Made by a program: the position numbers and the translations under genes
Assembly: GCA_950097015.1 (NCBI GenBank)
Contig: CATNEN010000011.1
Span: forward strand, 2,232,001 to 2,296,000
Direction: 5' to 3'
Length of the DNA: 64,000 nucleotides
Source: Macrostomum hystrix
Taxonomy: Eukaryota; Animalia; Platyhelminthes
The notes under the pieces: model-generated
Seen by the model: the letters and a program-made list of their open reading frames with translations, nothing else
The model's database searches: none
Told to the model about the DNA's origin: nothing
Part shown: piece by piece, positions 11,968-24,056 of the stretch
How positions within the stretch are numbered: position 1 is the first letter of the stretch
Layout: every line of letters starts with the position of its first letter

Positions 11968-12929
11968 TACCGTTTCTTAGACCCTATCTCTGTCAACACG
12001 GGTGATTTTAGGAGTTTTTAAGACGAGTCGTCGTTGTCACGCAGGTTTTTTCCCTTTTCAAATCGGCATTTTTCCAAGAAACGTTAAGCAAATTTCATCG
12101 TGACACGCTGCTTGCCGTTTGGGGGTTAGTTTTCTCGCGCAAAATCTTTGGAAGTACGAGTTTATGCACAATCTCACAGGAAATGAGATTTGAGATATGC
12201 ATGGTGCATCGTGTATAATGTAGATAGCATATAGATTAAAAATGATTTTTGTTTTTAATGTTGACTAGGTTAGGGAAGTACTTGTAGTACTTACTAGCTT
12301 GTAATCTTATTTAACTTTTTAAACTTCAGAATTGCTACTAGCTTTTTCGTTATAGAAGTGACATTAGGTAATTTCTTTAAAATAGTGAAGGAAAATTTTT
12401 TGCTGGACTTTAGAAAAGTTTTTCTATTTTTGTATCAGAATATTTTCCTCCAAATGCTAGCTCTAGACTCTAGAGTCTAGTATAGCTTGTAAGTTAGATG
12501 AGTTCCATTTTTGTAGCAATTTTAAATGCATTCGGTAATAAATTTTAGTAAACCTCAAATTCTGACATAAATAAGTATTACTTCTAAGCAATTGAATTAA
12601 AATAATTGTCTTACACAGTGTAGAGGCAGTTTCACTTCTGCACTAGACAAATAAAATATACTTGAATGTCATGTATTTATTGAATCTAAAAGTCCATGAA
12701 CACTTAAAATCTAGTTTTAATAGTTGTTTTTGATGTTTTCTTCTGGAAAATTCTTAAAGTGCATTCAAATTATTCCTTTTTTAGGAAAAAAGCAAATATA
12801 TATATTTTTTGAATAACTATAAGGCTAACTATTTAGTTTGTAGAAAATAGCTTTTAAAGATTCATATTGTATTATTAATATTTGACAATATATAAAAATA
12901 ATTTTAATTGCAGATAAAAAACAAGCCAA

Positions 12930-15866
12930 ATGATGCATGAAAAACACACACTTAAGAAAAATGCCTTCTTTATAATTCTGCTAATAATATTAGTGCCTCA
13001 TTGCACAAGTGGAGATAGCACTGTATCTGGCTACCTTCTCTATTGCCCATGTATGGGCCGTTTTGGCAATCAAGCTGAACAATTTCTTGGTGCCCTGGCA
13101 TTCGCTAAAGAGTTGAGGCGAACTTTGGTGGCTCCACCTTGGATATCCTATACAGCGCCTGGAGCAGGAATTGAGCTTATACCAGTTAGCAGGCATTTCA
13201 ACTTGACTCTATTGGATAGCTTCCATCCAACTGTGGATATGCAGCAGTTTATGGACAAGTTGGCCCCAGTAGTTTGGCCCACTGGCAGTCGGGTGGTGTT
13301 TTGCCATTCTCCTAGAGAGGATGGAACTTGTCAGGTAAATCATTCAGCAGCCTGTTCTAACCACCTGTTCGAGTACCTGTTCTAACCACCTGTTCGAGTA
13401 CCTGTTCTAACCACCTGTTCGAGTACCTGTTCTAACCACCTGTTCGAGTACCTGTTCTAACCACCTGTTCGAGTACCTGTTCTAACCACCTGTTCGAGTA
13501 CCTGTTCTAACCACCTGTTTGAGTACCTGTTCTAACCACCTGTTCGAGTACCTGTTCTAACCACCTGTTCGAGTACCTGTTCTAACCACCTGTTCGAGTA
13601 CCTGTTCTAACCACCTGTTCGAGTACCTGTTCTAACCACCTGTTCGAGTACCTGTTCTAACCACCTGTTCGAGTACCTGTTCTAACCACCTGTTCGAGTA
13701 CCTGTTCTAACCACCTGTTTGAGTACCTGTTCTAACCACCTGTTCGAGTACCTGTTCTAACCACCTGTTCGAGTACCTGTTCTAACCACCTGTTCGAGTA
13801 CCTGTTCTAACCACCTGTTCGAGTACCTGTTCTAACCACCTGTTTGAGTACCTGTTCTAACCACCTGTTCGAGTACCTGTTCTAACCACCTGTTCGAGTA
13901 CCTGTTCTAACCACCTGTTCGAGTACCTGTTCTAACCACCTGTTCGAGTACCTGTTCTAACCACCTGTTCGAGTACCTGTTCTAACCACCTGTTTGAGTG
14001 CCTGTTCGAACAACCTGTTCTAACCTCCTGTTCGAGTACCTATTCGAGTACCTATTCGAGTACCTGTTCGAGTGCCTGTTCTAACCACCCGTTAAAGTAC
14101 ATGTTCTAAACCACCTGTTCCAATGTCCGTTGTCAGGCAAAGTTCGGCAATCCTTTCGGCCCATTCTGGGACGCATTCGGTGTGAATTTCGATCGCGAAG
14201 AATTCTACTCTAAAACGGCCGGATCGTTGCTAGACAACGCCGGTGCCTGGCGACGCAACTACCCCAGCAACCGGTGGCCGGTGTTGGCCTTCATGGGTGC
14301 GCCCGCATCGTTCCCTGCTCAGCCTCAGCACGTGGGCTTGCACAGCCACCTGGCATTTAATGCGGACTTTGTGCAGACAATGAATGATTTCATGGCCGCT
14401 TATGCCTTCCAGCGTGAGCTTACCCGCTGTACTTCTACTGTACCCTCCCTTCATCTTCCATTCCCTCTCTCCCTTCATCTCCCTTCATCTTCCATTCCCT
14501 CTCTCCCTTCATCTCCCTTCATCTTCCATTCCCTCTCTCCCTTCATCTCCCTTCATCTTCCATTCCCTCTCTCCCTTCATCTCCCTTCATCTTCCATTCC
14601 CTCTCTCCCTTCATCTCCCTTCATCTTCCATTCCCTCTCTCCCTTCATCTCCCTTCATCTTCCATTCCCTCTCTCCCTTCATCTCCCTTCATCTTCCATT
14701 CCCTCTCTCCCTTCATCTCCCTTCATCTTCCATTCCCTTTGTCGCTTCATCTTCTATTCTCTCCACACCTTCATCTTCCATTCCCTCTCTCCATTCATCT
14801 TCCGTTCCCTCTGTCCCTTCATCTTCCATTCCTTCTCACCCTTCATCTTCCATTCCCTCTCTCCTTTCATCTTCCATTCATTCTCTCCCTTATCTTCAAT
14901 TCCTTCTCTCTCTTCATCTTCCATTCCCTCTCTCCCTTCATCTACCATTCTCTCTCCCTTCATATTCTATTCTCTCTCCCTTCATCTTCCATTCCCTCTG
15001 TCCCTTCATCTACTATTCTCTCTCCCTTCATATTCTATTCTCTCCCCCTTCATCTTCCATTCCCTCTCTCCATTTATCTTCCATTCCCTCTGTCCCTTCA
15101 TCTTCCATTCCCTCTGTCCCTTCATCTTCCATTCCTTCTCACCCTTCATCTTCCATTCCCTCTCTCCCTTCATATTCTATTCTCTTTCCCTTCATCTTCT
15201 ATTCTCTCTCCCTTCATCTTCCATTCCCTCTGTCCCTTCATCTACTATTCTCTCTCCCTTCATATTCTATTCTCTCTCCCTTCATCTTCTATTCCCTCTC
15301 CCTTCATCTTCCACTATCTATTTTCCTATTCCCTATTTCCTAACTCTATTGTTCCGGGCCCTATAAATCTGTGAAACCACGCAGGTCCCATTCTGGCTAT
15401 TCACCTGCGAAACAACGTGGACTTCACTCGTGCCTGCTCGAGCTTGCTGCCTCAAATACCCAAGGGTGGCGGCTTATTCTCAAGCTACCAGTGCTTCGGC
15501 CCTTCTAGTCAAATTGGCCAACTGTCCATGGACACCTGTGCGCCGAGTGACGCAACTATAAGAGCCGATGTCAGTCGCATTGTGCAACAGTTCAATATCA
15601 GAACAATATTTGTTGCCAGCGATTACGATGCCAAGCTCACAGTGATGAAGCAGGCAGCTCCAACTGTAGAAAAGTTGACCAGCACCGAGTTGTTGAGCAC
15701 GGGTGTGTTCCAGGATGTCGGCCTGATGTCCCTGGCCGATGTGGCCCTGTTGAACTGCGCTTCCAGTCTGAGTGCGTTTGTTCGGCGAAGCCGCGACTCG
15801 GCCGGCCTGCCTAGCGAATACCTGGGACTGGGTGGCGCTGCGGCCTGGCAACACGATGAGCTCTGA
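12930..15866 (+). CDS. POFUT1: GDP-fucose protein O-fucosyltransferase 1 (387 aa, 3 exons)
   Basis: Exons 12930-13334, 14137-14413, 15385-15866. Hydrophobic N-terminal signal, YCPCMGRFGNQAEQFLG, KFGNPFGPFWD, GAPASFP, IHLR, DYDA, SSLSAFVRRSR and C-terminal HDEL ER-retention signal. Confidence 0.95.
13352..14120. repeat. 25-bp minisatellite gagtacctgttctaaccacctgttc (POFUT1 intron 1)
   Basis: Highly homogeneous, period 25. Confidence 0.97.
14440..15345. repeat. Pyrimidine-rich minisatellite cttcatcttccattccctctctcc (POFUT1 intron 2)
   Basis: Direct inspection. Confidence 0.93.
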
Positions 15867-15984
15867 TTGATGATGAACTTTAGTTCAACCAGCCCCACAG
15901 TTTTGTACTCATTCTGCTCCTAGAATTTAATTTCCACACATCTTGCCAAAATTTCACACCTTCAGCTGAAAATATTCGCCACTA

Positions 15985-16450
15985 GTTGGAATTAAACACC
16001 TCTTGGTATAACTAAACACCTCTAGCTTAAAACAAACACCTCTAGCTTAAAATAAACACCTCTAGCTTAAAATAAACACCTCTAGCTTAAAATAAACACC
16101 TCTAGCTTAAAATAAACACCTCTAGCTTAAAATAAACACCTCTAGCTTAAAATATACACCTCTAGCTTTAAAAAACACCTCTAGCTTTAAATAAACACCT
16201 CTAGCTTAAAATAAACACATCTAGCTTTAAATAAACACCTCTAGCTTAAAAAAACACCTCTAGCTTAAAATAAACACCTCTAGCTTAAAGTAAACAACTC
16301 TAGTTAAAATTAAATTGCTGAAATTAAACACGTCTTGGTAGAACTAAACACCTCTAGATGAAAAAGCACCTCTGGGTAAAAATAAACACCTATAGCTTGA
16401 AATGAACACCTCTAGTTGAAAATTGAACACACCCACCTGAAATGAAACAC
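15985..16450. repeat. 20-bp minisatellite taaacacctctagcttaaaa downstream of the POFUT1 stop
   Basis: Period 20; unit junctions create AATAAA. Confidence 0.93.
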
Positions 16451-17058
16451 ATTCAATGTACAAATTTCACTCCTCTATTTGAAAACTAACGTACTATTGA
16501 CTCGCGCCATGGTAACTCCTAGTAATAGAAAAACTAAATAATTTTTTTCAAGTATGAAATGATTTTGTACGCATGATATTGATAAAAGTTATCGCAGTTT
16601 AACATAATAGTTTTAAATTTTGTTATATTTAACTGATGAAAATAGATCAGCTGATGTGACAAACAAACCATTTGTAAACATTTTGTTTTACTAGGCTTAT
16701 TCATTTTTTTGCTTTTTATTATGTAAAAAAAAATTTTTAACAGTAGCCAGACCACGGGGTATTTAGAATCGCTTCGAAAAATATATTGCTGTTGTTCTAG
16801 TTTTTTTGTTACCAGGGTCTTCGAGCGGAAAAATTTGATCACCGTAATTGGTGGACTTTCACGGTCATCGGTCATTCGGTTTGGGAGCTGTCGTGAAGTG
16901 GGCAGCGGGTATTTAAAATAGCCTCCGTGGTCTTCCCCCGGGGGGGAAATTATATTGTGTTCTGTTTACTGGTGAAGTAAGTTACCGCACATTATTATTC
17001 ACAACACGCGCACGCGCACATGACATGCGTTAAAATTTGACCGGGTAAAATATTTGTT

Positions 17059-18729
17059 TTAATCGTCTTCTTTGAGAACGCCAATGATGTCAACGTAGGT
17101 TGGTTCCTTACGTTCCTCCTCTTCGCCATTGTTGAATGAATCACGATTCGAAGTGTCTGCAGCCGGCGCATTTTCGACAGACATGCCTGCAGCCGTGGCG
17201 CCACCAGGCTTTTCTGACTGGCTCCGTGAAGACTGCTTCTTTTCCTTATTGGGCTTGTTGAGAGCGTCAACATCGAGCGTGGCGTAGGCGCACTCGTTTT
17301 CGTTCCACACGTCTTCTGTCTGGCTGCCCTCCACGTTGGTCGCTTCGATTGGTGGGGCCGAAGGCTTCGGCTTCGTCGACTTCGTCGGCTTCGTCGACTT
17401 CGTCGGTTTCGTCGACTTCGTCGGCTTCTCGGCTTTCGGTGGCTTCGCTTTGGGGCTCTTAACGCTGGAAGCTGTCCCCGCCGAGGTAGTCGGCTGCGAG
17501 CTGCCTGCGTTGCTGTAAACGCATTCCTCAATGGGCCCCTGTGGTGACTGGCTGGAATGCGAAGTCGCATTTGAACCGTGCAGGAATTCGTTGATCTTCT
17601 CGAGTGTCAGCGTCATCATGGCATTGTCGTCGATTTCAGCCATTGCGCTTCGAGAGCCTTTCATCTAGGTAGGACAATGCGCGATTACACTGCTTCACTG
17701 CTTTTAGACAAATGTCTAACAGGTTACTCAGTCATGTGTCCAATATATGTAACTCAGACACTTGTCTAACAGGTTTACCAAGACTAAGGTTGCTAAGTAT
17801 CAGGTTACTTGGCCAGCTGTCTAACAGGTTACTGGGCCACTTGTCTAACAGGTTACTTAGCCAGTTGTCTAACATGTTACTTGGCCAGCTGTCTAACAGG
17901 TTACTTGGCCAGTTGTCTAACAGGTTACTTGGCCAGTTGTCTAACATGTTACTTGGCCAGCTGTCTAACAGGTTACTTGGCCAGTTGTCTAACATGTTAC
18001 TTGGCCAGCTGTCTAACAGGTTACTTGGCCAGTTGTCTGAGACACTAACAGGTTACTGAGACACTTGTCTAACAGGTTTACCAAGACTAAGGTTGCTAAG
18101 TAACAGGTTACATGGCCAGCTGTCTAACAGGTTACTTGGGCAGTTGTCTAACAGGTTACTGAGACAGGTTACTGAGACACTTGTCTAACAGGTTACTGAG
18201 ACAGGTTACTGAGACACTTGTCTAACAGGTTACTGAGACAGGTTACTTAGCCAGTTGTCTAACAGGTTACTGAGACACTTGTCTAACAGGTTACTTAGCC
18301 AGCTGTCTAACAGGTTACTGAGACAGTTGCCTAACAGGTTACTTGGCCACTTGTCTAACAGGTTACTTGGCCAGTTGTCTAACAGGTTACTGAGACAGTT
18401 GCCTAACAGGTTACTGAGACACTTGTCTAACAGGTTACTGATACTGTTGCCTAACAGGTTACTTAGCCAGTTGTCTGAGACAATAACAGGTTACTGAGAC
18501 ACTTGTCTAACAGGTTTACCAAGACTAAGGTTGCTAAGTATCAGTTTACTTGGCCAGCTGTCTAACAGGTTACTTGGCCAGCTGTCTAACAGGTTACTGA
18601 GACAGTTGCCTAACAGGCTAACAGGTTAACCAAGAATATTATAAATATGAATACCTTATTCATTTTGAAAAGACGGCCACACGAATTACTATCGCGATGC
18701 TTCTCTTCTGAGTTCTTAGTCTTTGGCAT
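17059..18729 (-). CDS. Unknown disordered tyrosine-motif protein A (about 226 aa, 2 coding exons)
   Basis: Exon 18729-18655 (MPKTKNSEEKHRDSNSCGRLFKMNK, donor AAG|GTATT) spliced in phase 0 to the acceptor cctacctag| at 17664. Terminal exon 17664-17059 has CVYSN, CAYATLDVDALNKP, PTYVDIIGVLK. An upstream 5'UTR donor GTGAGT lies at 18799. Confidence 0.65.
17705..18630. repeat. 24-bp minisatellite gttacttggccagttgtctaacag (intron of gene A)
   Basis: Period 24 with variant blocks. Confidence 0.93.
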
Positions 18730-20059
18730 TGCCTGTAGAAATTGCAGAAAAATTATAAAGAAATCATGGTACTCCGGATGTCACACTGAGCCAACTCACT
18801 TATTCTCTGCTTTCGGGTTAAAAAAAGCAGAAACATGGCTCCACAATAAACTGTACATTCAACTCGCACAGCGGCGCAGAGTACAGCGCGGGGGCAGAAA
18901 CTCGCGGCTCAAAATTGATGTAGACTCTGTGCCTTGAAATTCTTTGCATCTCAGATACTAAAAAATCTCTTTCTACTCATTCGTCATGCCTAATGTAAGT
19001 GCAGCAGTGTGACTAGCTAGTTTTTCTAGATGTGCATACGTGAATAAATTAATTACGCGAGAGCGGTTGTTGACACGAGATAATATCCGCCCAGAAGCAA
19101 TAAGGTTTGCTTTGACAATCGACGAGAAAAACAAATGGAACACACAAATATTGTTCCAGTAAATTTAGTTTTATAGGACATTTTCTAAGAAAACTTTCTT
19201 AAAAAAAAAACTACTGCTTTAGCTTTTGTAAGTAGTATATTGTGTTTTACAATTAAACGTTTAGAAAAAAGACAAGCACTAGAGTATAAATTATTAAAAG
19301 TGTTTAACAATAATAAAAAAACAACTGAGATATACAATGCGTCATATTACACCACACTACACCAGGCTTAGATTAGCAAAACGAAACGAGTGAAAAGTGT
19401 GAATTTTGTCATCAGAAGACTAAAACTAATTAGCACCTCGCATAGTGGCTGGAGAGTGAAATTCTGGCAGCGTGAATAAAATGCAGACAGCAAAAATATT
19501 TTATAAACATTTGTAAAAAAACATAGGATTCGTTAGTTAATTAGTTTTCATTCGTTACTTACGAAATGACGTTACTTTTTAAACCACTGTACGATAGCTT
19601 TATTGTACATTTAGCGCAAATAGAACATTTCGTTACTTTTAAGAAGAAACGAATAAATAAGATTCGTTATTTATGTGTTTCTAACTTTGACGTTCAAACT
19701 GCGCTACGATAGGTTTTCGAGGACACGTTTCAACAATTTTAGAATCTATTGAGAAACTACTTGAATTTAAAGGCTTCATAAAAAATAGACTTATGAGTAG
19801 TATGAGTAGCATATAACGCATTTTCTTTAAAAGAACAACAAAGAAACAAACAAGCAAAACAGTTTTAAATGGCAAATGCGGGCGAGGATTACGGAATAAG
19901 AAGCTTTCTATCCTGTAATCCTTAATCCTTAACGACTGAAAACTTGCCAAGATTCTAACGTGTTACCAAATAGCAATTCATACTAGAAAGAGCATTGCAT
20001 TACGCGTGTGACATCACTATCAGAAAGCAATAAAAAAATTTACTAGTCTGCTCGAACAT

Positions 20060-21315
20060 CTACTGTTTGAGCACGCCAATAATATCTGAGTAGATGGGAT
20101 TCAATCTTTCATCATCTTGAACTATAATTGCTGCCGATCTGTCCAAAGTTTGAGAGGCCTGACTACCTTCAGCAGTTTCAGTAGCGGTGGCAGCAGCAGC
20201 AGCACCAGCAGCAGTAGCACCAGCAGTAGTATTAGTAGGCTGCTCAGACACGGGAGCCATTGGTTTACTCAGACTATCGATATCGAGTATGGCGTATGCA
20301 CAGTATCTGGGATCTCCTCCATAATACTCCCCGTCATCATCTGGTGGCGCTGGGGGCAGTCGAGTTGGCATCGAGGCTGGCGGTGGCGGCGGCAGTTGCT
20401 GATGATGCTCCAGTGAAGGCCTGAACCTAATAGACTGCGGCACTTCATCAGGATCAACATAGATATTCTCCTCGGATTTGACAACAGCCAGACTGTGTCT
20501 GCTGCCGTTGACCCGATTCGGTGCGTGCCACTCCATGTACTCTTCGTTGACCGCGGTGGCGCCATCGCCACGATTCTGGGATGGGATAGATTGTATTGGG
20601 ATTTCAGGTGACTGGATGGATTGGAATGGGATTTCAGGTGACTGGATGGATAGGAATGGGATTTCAGGTGACTGGATGGATAGGAATGGGATTTCAGGTG
20701 ACTGGATAGATCGGAATGGGATTTCAGGTGACTGGATGGATTGGAATGGGATTTCAGGTGACTGGATGGATTGGAATGGGATTTCAGGTGACTGGATGGA
20801 TTGGAATGGGATTTCAGGTGACTGGATAGATAGGAATGGGATTTCAGGTGACTGGATAGATTGGAATGGGATTTCAGGTGACTGGATAGATTGGAATGGG
20901 ATTTCAGGTGACTATAGATTGGAATGGGATTTCAGGTGACTGGATGGATAGGAATGGGATTTCAGGTGACTGGATGGATAGGAATGGGATTTCAGGAGAC
21001 TGGTTAGATTGGAATGGGATTTCAGGTGACTGGATGGATAGGAATGGGATTTCAGGTGACTGGATAGATTGGAATGGGATTTCAGGTGACTGGATGGATA
21101 GGAATGGGATTTCAGGTGACTGGATGGATTAGAACTGCAATGAAATATAATTAGACAGGAACATTGGTTTATAACAAGATGAGCAGTAGAAAAAGAGTGA
21201 AACATTCAAGTGACTAAATTCGTGATAACTGTAAGAAATAGTTGTTTAATTAAATAAAAGCAGCAGCCAAGCTTACCCGATTTCGAGAATTTTTTATTCG
21301 AAAACAGCACCGCAT
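20060..21315 (-). CDS. Unknown disordered tyrosine-motif protein B (about 184 aa, 2 coding exons), paralogue of A
   Basis: Exon 21315-21277 (MRCCFRIKNSRNR, donor CGG|GTAAGC) spliced in phase 0 to the acceptor atcccatcccag| at 20575. Terminal exon 20575-20060 has EEYMEW, NIYVDP, EYYGG, CAYAILDIDSLSKP, PIYSDIIGVLKQ. Confidence 0.65.
20578..21132. repeat. 30-bp minisatellite ggaatgggatttcaggtgactggatggatt (intron of gene B)
   Basis: Period 30. Confidence 0.95.
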
Positions 21316-22975
21316 TTGATTAGATTTTCTGCAGTTTAGTTATCTTTGATTCTGGTATCCGTGGAGCTTGTTAGTGTCAATTAGCGTGTCGAAACACTGA
21401 GTTTTATCGGACTATTTTAAGCCAATTAACACTTAAAATTCTGAAATGCGAAATTAATAATCCAATCTTGATTAAATAATGGAACCCAAAAGCTATTGGC
21501 AAGGAAATTGTAACAAAATTATAATTACTGGTTAGGCACCATGCTTAGTAAAGACGAACATGAATTTAAACCAAAACAGGTCAATACAAGCAGAAACTTC
21601 TTGCTTTATAAACAACTAAAATTGACTGCACAAATGCTGGGCACAGGTAGAGAGAAGAATCTGAGTGGAGGTGGGTGGCTGCAGCAGTCTAGCATTACAC
21701 TTAATTCTAATGAGTTATTAAAAAACGTGACCCCATTCCAAATTATTTCTTTTTAAGTTGAGTTGACTCAAAAATTAATTAGACTACGCTAAGCAGACGG
21801 GAAGTACAGCTGGGTGAATTCATATATTAAACAAAAATATTGTAAATAAAAAATCATGTTTGTAATTAGTTGCAAAGAGGTCACAATGGGTTAGTGACTA
21901 ACGAGTGATAGATCAAAGTGTGATTTTGGATATTAGTCTCTAAGGCAAGTGTTTATTAGTACTAAAGCCTTTTAGAATGAAATCGTAAAATAGTTAATCT
22001 AATAATAACAGAGTAAATATAAGCTTCACTGTATGCTTTACTAAGATTGGCTGTTCCAAGATTGACACTAAATTTATATAATATAAACAAGCAAGAGCTT
22101 GCAGCAGATGATTATCTTCAGGTCTGAACAATCCATTTTGCCCAGTAATTTAATAAACTAATCGCTCATTTACATCAGCGCATCAGTAAGAGAATTTTCT
22201 GGACAGGCAACTGGACATCTTTCAGATAAAGCTTATTATGTGGACAGCCATTGGCATCCTCCTGGTAAACATATTTATGTAGTCGTGGCTTTGCTGCTGG
22301 GGCGAATGCAGGTTCAACTGGTGCCATGGATGTTGCCACATTTTTTGCCTTATCTCAGTGCTGAGCGGGAAGCGAAAAGCTATTAGAACCTTTAAAACGG
22401 CCCTTCTCAGGGTCACCACATTGAACCAAAACTAGTAAATTGTACTCGTATATTCAAGAGAAGAAGTAAATCTGAACATTCATCAGACTTAATGAAGCAA
22501 ATAGTATACAAGCGTGGAATATTTATTGTGTTATCAAGATGAGATCAAAACCAATGAATCTTGTTGATCACAAAAAAGTGTATATTCTTTTAAAGTGACC
22601 TATTTCATATGCATAGGTGGAGCCTTGTCTGGTTAAGTGCACAGGGAGGTGTACACTGCCTGTTAATGAGAAAGTCAGTGCCACACCTGTAAAGCATCTG
22701 TGCGCCTGTGTCCTCAGACTTGCCTCCTTGCCGGCTGATGGTCTAGTAGCACTAAATTATTAAGGAAGTATTATTAATTATCATAAACAAAGTCACATTA
22801 AATGTTACATTAAGCTTGTAGGGTCCCATCTCAAAGCATTTGCCATTAACTATTGCTACTGCTATACACCAAAATTGCCATATGATCTACAAGAGTTGAC
22901 TAAGTGCACATGCACTGTTTAACTTAACATCTGTCTGGCTGCAACTCCCTAGTGAGAACAAGCCAAACAACACTA

Positions 22976-23215
22976 GCTACAAGTTGGAAATGATAACAAC
23001 CCCAAGCATCTGATAGCAGCAGCCAATCAGAGACAACGTGACCACTGGCCAATTGCTACAAGTTGGAAATGATAACAACCCCAAGCATCTGATAGCAGCA
23101 GCCAATCAGAGACAACGTGACCACTGGCCAATTGCTACAAGTTGAAAATGATAACAACCCCAAGCATCTGATAGCAGCAGCCAATCAGAGACAACGTGAC
23201 CACTGGCCAATTGCA
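22976..23215. repeat. 79-bp unit, 3 copies
   Basis: Starts at 22976, 23055 and 23134; each has a gccaatcag CCAAT motif. Confidence 0.92.
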
Positions 23216-23744
23216 AGTACAATGTCATTTGTATGTCCTCAACCAGAGCAATTAGCACTTGTCAGCTCAAGATGTTACAGCACTGACAATACTAGCTTGG
23301 TGAGGTTGTCTTGCTTTAACACTCTGCAGTTTATTGGTAGAAGGCCTATCTGGCAATAATTGGGTTTGCTTGCTTTAGTTTCTAGAAATTAGAGAAGGGT
23401 TATCTTTCTCTGCTTTGTGACTAATTAGTATTGCTATCTTTGACCTATTGCATTTTATCTTAATCTAGGAAAACTTACCTGACATATAGAAACTAAGGTT
23501 GATGGAAAAGGAAAACTACATTTGACCATAGGGTAATGTATCATTAACCAAACAGTGTATCTTCAAACCGAACAAGAATTTTTGTCTCCTTCCTTGGTCT
23601 CATGCAAGATAGAAACAAGCTATTATGCTTCACAGAACAACTAATTTGAAAGTCAAAGAAATTATCTACAAGCTAAGGCATGACATGCAATGAAGCATTA
23701 AGAGGAAAGAAGGATATAGACTTTTCAGAGAAATTTTATTGCAA

Positions 23745-24056
23745 ATAATAATAATTAATAATAATTGATTACACCTGCCCCAATTGGGTCAGATGTGCAG
23801 CCGACAGCACAGCCGCAGCTAATGTGTGGTGCATCTGAAGGCTGCGTACAGCTGTTCAGTCCACGGACTGGGGGGACGCCACACCCACCTTCAATTATCC
23901 CAGCTGATGCTGGTACCCATTTAACAGCTGGGTGAACTGTATAGCAGTGCAGAGTTAATTTCTTGCTAAAGGCTACAAATTGTTTCAATGGAGTCGGGAA
24001 TCGAACCCCCGACCTTCAAGTCGTGAGTCCGACGCCCTAACCACTAGGCTACAACC
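23745..24056 (-). mobile_element. tRNA-derived SINE family 1, full-length with (ATT)n-like tail
   Basis: Reverse complement begins GGTTGTAGCCTAGTGGTTAGGGCGTCGGACTCACGACTTGAAGGTCGGGGGTTCGATTCCCGACTCCA (A and B boxes, weak anticodon stem) and ends in an att/tta run at 23745-23770. Confidence 0.82.

Noticed and set aside
14414-15374. Long S/P/F/H/L-rich ORFs (394, 319, 211 aa)
   Set aside because: Read-through of POFUT1 exon 2 into a pyrimidine array. The intron is 971 nt, out of frame, with a stop at 15366.
18840-18945. Minus-strand MQRISRHRVYINFEP..LYSAP as the first exon of gene A
   Set aside because: Needs a weak GTACAG donor; the 18732-18655 exon has better splice sites and an in-frame ATG.
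22190-22420. Minus-strand tyrosine-containing readings (HDYINM; YVYQEDANG..KLYLKDV) as a third member or upstream exon of the tyrosine-motif family
   Set aside because: Lacks the shared CAYA and YxDIIGVLK blocks; short, with stops, and no phase-consistent splice to gene B found.
22976-23215. Triple CCAAT/ACGTG unit as an ER-stress element cluster
   Set aside because: Does not fit CCAAT-N9-CCACG, and no nearby gene start was identified.
23985-24056. Possible tRNA-Val(CAC) gene on the minus strand
   Set aside because: Anticodon and acceptor stems pair poorly, and the sequence continues into a repeated SINE body and tail.
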